Positions 56,111 to 64,000 of a DNA stretch of 64,000 bases are shown here, piece after piece. Made by a program: the position numbers and the translations under genes. The number at the start of each line of letters is the position of its first letter. The stretch's first letter is position 1. This DNA comes from Lama guanicoe (lineage: Eukaryota): the NCBI GenBank assembly GCA_013239625.1, contig MU054187.1, forward strand, positions 22,447,280 through 22,511,279, written 5' to 3'. Under the pieces are notes generated by a model that saw only the letters and a program-made list of their open reading frames with translations, did not search any database and was not told the DNA's origin.

Positions 56111-56521
56111 TAAGTTGTTAAACCATTTATTATGCCCCAAATAGTTTTCATCCCATATATAAGAAACGAAGGTTATTTGAAAATTTCACATGTAGAATAT
56201 TTTAATTCTCGAAGCCTAGATAAGTGACTAACAGGAAGTTAGTATATTTTTAATTTTAAGTAGATAAGATAGCATAGATTGAAAAAAGAAGAACCAGAAA
56301 TTTGAAACTTAATAATTTGGATACTAATTTGGGATATATTTGTAGTAAAAAGAGATATTAAGAAAGGGTGCATCTGTTTTGGCCCAGCTATTGTTTTTCT
56401 TGAAGAATTTCAGTGTTTTCAGTTTACGTTCAGTAAACGTGGGTGAGATAAAGTTCCGAAGAATCGTGCGTGCTGAACTGTCACGCGTGCTGTCAGACTG
56501 GCTTTCTGTGATCACGGTTAG

Positions 56522-56791
<270 letters not shown>

Positions 56792-59111
56792 TAATGCAAC
56801 TGTCATTTAAAACCAGTTCGTGTTTTAAATGGAGACTGCTTTGGGATGTGCTTTTTAGCTTTTGAATTTTAAGTCAGAAGTAGGAGTGTGAACGCCTGCC
56901 GAAGGCGTTTCCATTGCTTGTTTCCTAAATGAAAGGGTAAATGACCATCTTCTCTAAGCCACAGTTTAATGGTGATAGTTGTAAGTACAGCATTTTTTCT
57001 AGTATTATGAAAGTAGTCCACAGATTCTACTTAATTCTAGAAGTAAATGAGGAGGGAGTATGTTTTTAATGAGAAAATTAGTGCAGATACTTAATTCCTC
57101 TAAATGTGATAATATGCCAAGAAATTAGAAAAATTTAGAGGGTAATGTCCAAGAGTGACTTTATTTTCTTCTTTATTTTTTCTTTTCCGTCTTCTCTTCT
57201 CACCTTCCTTTCTCTCTCTCTCCTTTCTTTCTTTTCTTGGTGTTTATGTGTTTGAGAATTTAAAATCTCTGGGCCAGGGATATTCTCCACATAAATTTAC
57301 TCATTGCAACTCATTTGAGCAACTTACTAACTGAACTTCTGGTTTACTCACACTTCCCTGTTTCAGGTGAAAAGCCTGGGTTTTTGTATTATTATAGAAA
57401 GGTTTTCCCAAAGTTGCACCTTCTCATAAGGATGTGTCATGTTTATTGCTCCATACTTTAAAGAAGTGTGGACACTTCTAGAAATGTATCTTTTAGGTAC
57501 ACTTCATATGTGCGAAATGGCCCATCCTGGAGTGTTTATCGCTGCATTATTGGTGCGCTAATGGACACTTGAAACACCTAAATGTCATGGGGTGGGGTGA
57601 CTGAGTAAAGTGTCATATATCCATTCTGTAATTCTGTACCTTGTCATCATTCTTTTTTTTAACACAAATTAACAAAAATATTAGAGAAGAATGTTTTAGT
57701 ATAATATTAAGAAGAAAAGGAAGGAGTGTGTAGTATGATGGTATTTGGTTAAAAGGAAAATACATATTGTGCACAAAGTCAGCTAGGGCACGAATGCAGC
57801 CTGGGGAGGGGACGGCGCGCTGGCAGCTGGCAGGGGAGCTGACAGCGGAGGCACCGTGCACGTGCAGACTGCCCTATTATAAAATAATAAACTAAAAGGC
57901 AGGAATGAGTCCACTTTCAAGCCTGAAACATCAGAACCGCCTCACAGAGCATGTGCAGGTGTCCGTAATCCTCCCTTGTAGGCTCTTGACCAGCATCCTT
58001 CCTCCTCGTGGTCCCCAATTTTCCATTTAGACGTTCGTGTCTGTATCCCTGCGGAGCAGAAGCTTTGGGTCGTGAAAATCCAAATGAATAGGTGTGTTTC
58101 TGAATTGGGTTTGTTTGAGGGAAAGTGGTGAGGTTATGCCAGACCTGATAATACGCTGTTTCTTTGTCTTGATGAAATAGGTGTGTCAGCACAGTTCTGG
58201 GCGGACACACTTTTGGTCGTGATCAGCACCACATTTTGTCTTGTCCTTAGCTCAAGTTTAGTCCCTGTTTTTAAGATACATTTCTACTCTCAGGCCTCCC
58301 TAAGTTCCTCACCTTCTGAGATACTCAGACCAATTCAGATCCGTATTTCACATTGTTGGTTTATGTCCCTCTTAGAAAAGAGATAGTCAGTGAACTACAT
58401 ATTTTTAGAAGAATGTGTACTTCAGGTTTTCAAGTCTGAAGAACAGAGTCGGGAAATGGTGTTTAGGGGAAGGAAATACCGCAGGCTACTGAGTGGCATC
58501 TGGGAGCTGTCCGTTCCTCTCTGGCAGCTCACGGCGGTCAGGACGGCAGGGGCTAGAGCGCACCCAGGCCCGAGGGTCAGTGTTAGTTCTGCCACCTGTT
58601 AGCCGTTTGAGAGGGACACGCTATTTCACCTCCGGGCCTCCGTTTCCTTCCGTGAATGGTGGGGATGCTAACGACAGCCCCTGTCTCGCTGCTACTGTGA
58701 GGGCTGGATGCACAAGAAGCACATGGTGCAGTGCGTGGCGGGAGCCGTCCACGACGGCAGCTCTCGTTGTGCAGCCCGGCCACGTCTGCCCGGCTTCCCT
58801 CCTGACAGCCCGACCTCGGACAAGTGGCAGCCTTCCCAGGCCCCTGTTTCCTCTCTCAGATGCACTTACTGATGACGGTGGCCAGCCTATGTGTAATCCT
58901 GAGGAATCATGGAAGTACTTAGCGTGTTGCCCGGTCCTAAGAAATGATCAACGCAGCAGCCTCTTCTCATCACGTGTTTTACACCTAATTTCAGTGTTAA
59001 ATTTCTTATTCTTCAAGTTAAATTCTTAATTTTTCTGGAAGAAATTTAAGAATAATTTAGGTCTCTACTGTTTTCATCATTGAAGATAATCTAGTGCGTA
59101 TTTGATACTGA

Positions 59112-59303
<192 letters not shown>

Positions 59304-59613
59304 TGAACCTAAGAACTACGCTTCTGTGCTCTGTGGAGGGTGTCTGCCAGGAGACAGGCAGATTGATGGTTAATATCAAATACGTTTGTAAGACGAAAAT
59401 GAAGTCCGCTCGCGTGGGCTGCCTGGCCTTGGCTCTGTGAGGGGGAGATTGTGCAGGGACAGCCGCCTTCCGCTTTGCAGTTCCCACTGCTGGGGCTCCG
59501 GCAGCCGTGAGCAGCAGCCCACGTTGTAGTTCATTCTGTGTCCTCTGTGTGACCGCGTGACATGTTCTCTTACTTGACTGTTTATCAAAACCAAAGTTTA
59601 AAGGATCAGATAA

Positions 59614-59712
<99 letters not shown>

Positions 59713-60769
59713 TAAGTTCAAAGAATCTTAACTAGCAGGATGAAAGCCAGTCTTTTTTTTTTTTTCTTTTTTTCTTTGTTTTACATAAGATGAACTATAA
59801 TTATTTATTCATTAAAAGTAGTCAGAATTTCAATTTTGAGAACAGACTGATTAATATAGTATTCTATAACTGAAGACTTTAGAATGATTTCTAGTTGGTT
59901 AATACAAATACTTAAGAAATGTGTCCATTGAGTCAACAAAAATAAGACTGAAGTGCTCCCTACTATTGACAAAGTTTGCGCTCCGTTGGGGAGGGGAACA
60001 CAAATGACAAACAGGTAAACAAATAACTATTTGCAAATTCTAGGAATCCTTCAGAGGAATTCAGGACAGCACTGTAATAATAGGTGCTCAGAGAGGTTTT
60101 TTGGAAAGAGTGATGTTGATAAGCAGCATGCGGTGGAAGAAAGGGGGAAGTGTGTTCCATGTACAGGGTCGTGTCCAAAGACCCTGAAGTAAGAAATAAT
60201 TTTTCAAGAAAATAAAAGATGACGTCGTGTGAATGGAGAGGGATGATTAAAAGAATTTGGAAACGTAGGCAGAGGCTACATTATGTAGAGCCTTACTGGC
60301 TATTATAAGGAATCTGATTCTAAGGGCAATTAGAAGACTTTGAAGAGTTTTGAATAGCAAATAAGATCCAGGAAAAGTCATTCCGGCAGCAGAGGGGAGA
60401 GTGAATGCAGGGAGGTGAGTTGCAGAACTGCTACAGTGTCCAGGCAGAGGATGGTGATGGCTTACAGCGAGGTGCACGGTTCTTTCAGGAGGTCAGAACT
60501 ATTTTCATACCAAGCCATTTTTTGCCTTCTTACTGTTTTGACATTTGCACTGAAGGTGCCAGAGCAGTGGCGGGTAGAACTGTGGACGCAGCACAAGCCA
60601 AGGCAGTGGCAGCAAAGTGCGGTCTCTCTGTGTCTCTGCTCTTCAGTGCCGCACATCTGAAGCTCAGAGCACAAACAAAAACGAGGCTTATTGAAGGTTG
60701 TTCTCTATGAAGTAGTGAAAATTACTAACTTTATTAAACCTTGATGCTTCAAGTATGTAGCTGTTTAAT

Positions 60770-61740
60770 ATTCTGGACAACACAGTGGAAGTGTGCGCAC
60801 AGCCCTCTGCTGGTTGTCCTGAGGGGACGCCCTGGGGCAATTGTTTGAGTTGAAAGCTGAACAGATTCCTTTTTTTAATGAAACTCTCTTTTTGAAAGAA
60901 TGACAGACAAACTTGTTTATTCGGACTTAGGTATTAGGCAGACGTTTTCTTGAAAAATAATGAAGTGAGTTTTCACTTCAAGGGAAACAGCATTTGTTGG
61001 CAATGAGAAAAGTTGAGGTTTCATGCAAAAAGCAGAACTGTGGAAAGCTTGGATACGCCGTGATGAGCTTGACAGGCTCCCAAGGCTCTGCAGAGGAGAC
61101 TGGTGGTGGTACTAGCAAATGTGACTTTCTTCAGCATCTGGAAATCCTCTAGAACTTAGTGAGCCGGTATTTCCAGATGACCAGTGCATCAGGTTACAGA
61201 CTCACGTGTGGGTAAAACGTCCATTCAGAGTACAGAATAAACCAGTGGATTTTACATGAGTACAAAGGGTTCTTTGACACGACTTCAAAATCCATATTAT
61301 GTGTAACCTTGTGAAATTTAGTACATTATCAAAGAATAATAATACCCACCATTATCTGAAAAAATGACTCAAGTCAACCTCTACTTGCTAACTGCATGTC
61401 TGTATGGGGACAGTTTTCATATACTTAACCCAAAACAATATAGTGTAGCAGAAAAAACACACACGTAGGTATCGGAATTCAGATGCCTGCTCTTCAGCCA
61501 GACATTAAAATGATTTGCAAAAATAGAAAACAAAGTTGCTCTGCACTACTTTTTCGAAGTCTTTTTTTTTCTTTAATAAAAATAAGTTTATTTTATTTTA
61601 AAATAAACTTATTTTTAAGTTTGTTTTAACTTATGGTAAATATCAATGGATATGATTCACATGAAAAAAGGTTTTTTGCGCTTCTCAGTGTTTGTAGGTG
61701 TGAAAAGGGATCCTGTGACCAAAAACACTAGAGAACAGCA
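60770..61740 (+). mobile_element. Charlie1-like hAT transposon remnant
   Basis: ggcaattgtttgagttg...cagacaaacttgtttattcggacttagg...; end gggatcctgtgaccaaaaac. Confidence 0.7.
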
Positions 61741-62866
61741 GCTTCAGCTGGTGAATCCAGCAGAGGCGGGATGGCCGAGGCAGGGGGCAGAGAGCTCATA
61801 ACCAAAGGAAGTCATTCTGTAAGAAAGATGAAAACAATTGAGTTAAGGAACTGGCCTTTGATAAAAACAAGGACATTTCTTTTGTTTTCACAGAAGAGGA
61901 GGAAAAGCTGGGGGCAAACTACAGATAGGGTTTAGATTTTGTGAAGGGAAAATAGAGTTATCAACTGCTGGTTTCTTTTTTCGCAAGGAATAAGGTGAGG
62001 TCGCTGGCTAACAGTGAAGAAAGGACAACCCTTTGAGGAGAAAGAAAGGGAGAGGTGTCAGGAAGCAGATGACTATTTACTAGAGAAACAGGGCTGCGAA
62101 TGCTGGGCGGCATCGGGCCTAGCAGCTCCTCTGAAGCGACACTAATCTGTCTAGTTGTAGGGCCCCCCCCAACAGGGATTTTCAACTGTTAAGGAACAAG
62201 GAACGAGAAAGAAGGTGGAATTCATTCAGAGTTTGAGTTTAAGTTCAACAAGGGAAACAGGATTTAAAAAGCTTGTGCAAGGTAGTGATTATAACAGTGG
62301 GCCACAACTCTAAAGTAGTTATAATGATGACTTTGGATGAAGTAAAAAGTGAAGATGAGGGGAGTGTGAGGATGAGATAGGATGGCGAGAAAGTAATGGG
62401 TTAACAGGTTGGCATTGGAATTGAAGTAAGTTGGGAAGAACAGATGGTCAGAGAATAGAGTATTTAAATTAGTAATTTCCTTTACGGGTGATGACAGGGT
62501 TCAAGGTACACCAGTGAGTGAAGTAGAGAAACAGGTCACTGAAGAAGGGCAAGAGCCCGAGGCCCTGGCATTGCAGGTCACGCACGTGGGTGGGGGGAGG
62601 ACTGAGAAGTGGGTGCCGGAGCTTTCAGTGGCTGCAGGGGCACGGTCAGCGACGACGGCGGAAGGAGGAAGTTTGCATAGCTCGACTGTGTCTGCCTGAG
62701 AGGAGGAAGTTGTGACTGGCTGCAGAGGCAATGGTATGTTTCAGACTAGCAGGGTTTCAGTTAAGACAAGAGAGGAATTGGTAAGACTAGAGAAGCCTGC
62801 AAATCATAAAGCAGGAGTTCAAACCAATGCATTGGAAAGTTCTGAGATGGCGGACTCAAGTGGGGA

Positions 62867-62953
62867 TTTATTTTTAAAGGAGGCCCTGGGGATTGAACCC
62901 AGGACCTCGTGCACGCTAAGCACGCGCTCTACCACTGAGCTGTCCCCTCCCCC
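62867..62953 (-). mobile_element. tRNA-Ala-derived SINE (Vic-1-like)
   Basis: Core ggggattgaacccaggacctcgtgcacgctaagcacgcgctctaccactgagctg. Confidence 0.85.
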
Positions 62954-64000
62954 AGGTGGGACTTAAGTCAGATCAGAGGAAACAGAGTTGATCAGTACTG
63001 GGACGAGAATCTAGATGAAAACAGATGATCCAGAAAGACTTGAGTTTTCCAGCAGTGACTGTGGTGAGCAGGGCTGTAATCTGTCGGGGAAGCAGCGCTG
63101 ACCGTTCTCAGGCTGGGCCATCCTGCTGTCCTCCCCAGGGCAGGGGGCGCCCGGCTCTGCACAGTGCTGTGGCAGGCCAGTAAGGCTCTGTCCCCTTAGA
63201 GCCCATGGGTGTGTTGGTGTCTTCCCTTTTTATATATAAAAAAGTAGAAGTAGCAAATTCTACTCAGAGCTGGAACTAAAAGGTAAAAAAAATTAAGACA
63301 GTACTGTGATATTCACATAGTAAGTACTCGAAGACGAACAGATTTTAGTATGTCTTTGTCCGTCTGTAAACCAGCACAAAACGTAATGGCTAAAGTCTTA
63401 GAACCTTGTTGTACATGTTTTCAAGTAGGCCTGTCAGTCATAATTTAGCACGTGCTAAAACAGAAATAAAAGAGTTTACAGAGAAGGGGAATCATTAAGT
63501 CTATAACTTGTTCAGGGAGAGGTCTTGGAGGAAGTTGTAGCGTTTGGATTGATTCTTAATAGCACTTTCATATACCACGAAAGGGCGTTCCAGAACGCAG
63601 GAGAGCCGTGAGAGCACGGGCACAGAACAGCCACGTGTGTGGTGTGCTTGGAGAGTATTAAGCAAGTTGATGGGGGCCGTGCCAGACAGCACAGGCTTCC
63701 TCCCCTCTGCCCCCGCCCCCACAGGGCCTGGGAGCCGCAGAGGTTTTTTCAAACTGGCGTGTCTTTTTTTAAAGGTACCTCTGGCAGCGATAAAAGACGA
63801 GACAGGCTGTGAAGTTTTTCCTTTTTTTTTTTTTTTTTTAATTGGATGCAAGATCAGTCGGCAGGAAATTCTGATGGTCCAGATAAGAGCTGATGGGAAG
63901 GTACATACAGGAGACTATGGTAGCAGTAGAAACGACCAGGAGGGGGAAGATGGGGAGCTCAGTGGGTAGAATGGCAGGATCCGACGGGGGCAGGTGAATG

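Overview
Mammalian genomic DNA, most likely camelid given four tRNA-Ala-derived Vic-1-like SINEs. The window lies inside one + strand gene, WWP1 (NEDD4-family C2-WW(4)-HECT E3 ubiquitin ligase). I traced a probable L2-derived 5'UTR exon (1209-1304) and 22 coding exons (8939-59711; numbered 3-24 following my recollection of the human gene). All junctions are GT-AG and phase-consistent, totalling 2672 coding nt and ending in the split catalytic Cys codon. Exon 1 and the last exon lie outside the window. The introns contain a near full-length antisense EIF4B processed pseudogene, an unidentified retrocopy-like insert, and L1, L2, MIR, MER/Tigger/Charlie and LTR relics. I see no prokaryote-type novel system. 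The most interesting signals form a candidate hidden splicing/translation control layer on WWP1: a 3-nt (+Lys) microexon after WW4, a 13-nt poison microexon after the C2 domain, a duplicated exon-3 donor that introduces a stop, a stop-free 123-nt intron between WW3 and WW4, and an L2-derived uORF. There is also a sharp GC3/CpG mosaic suggesting GC-biased gene conversion. These are sequence-based predictions and need RNA-seq or alignments. Repeat family names come from remembered consensus motifs and their boundaries are approximate.
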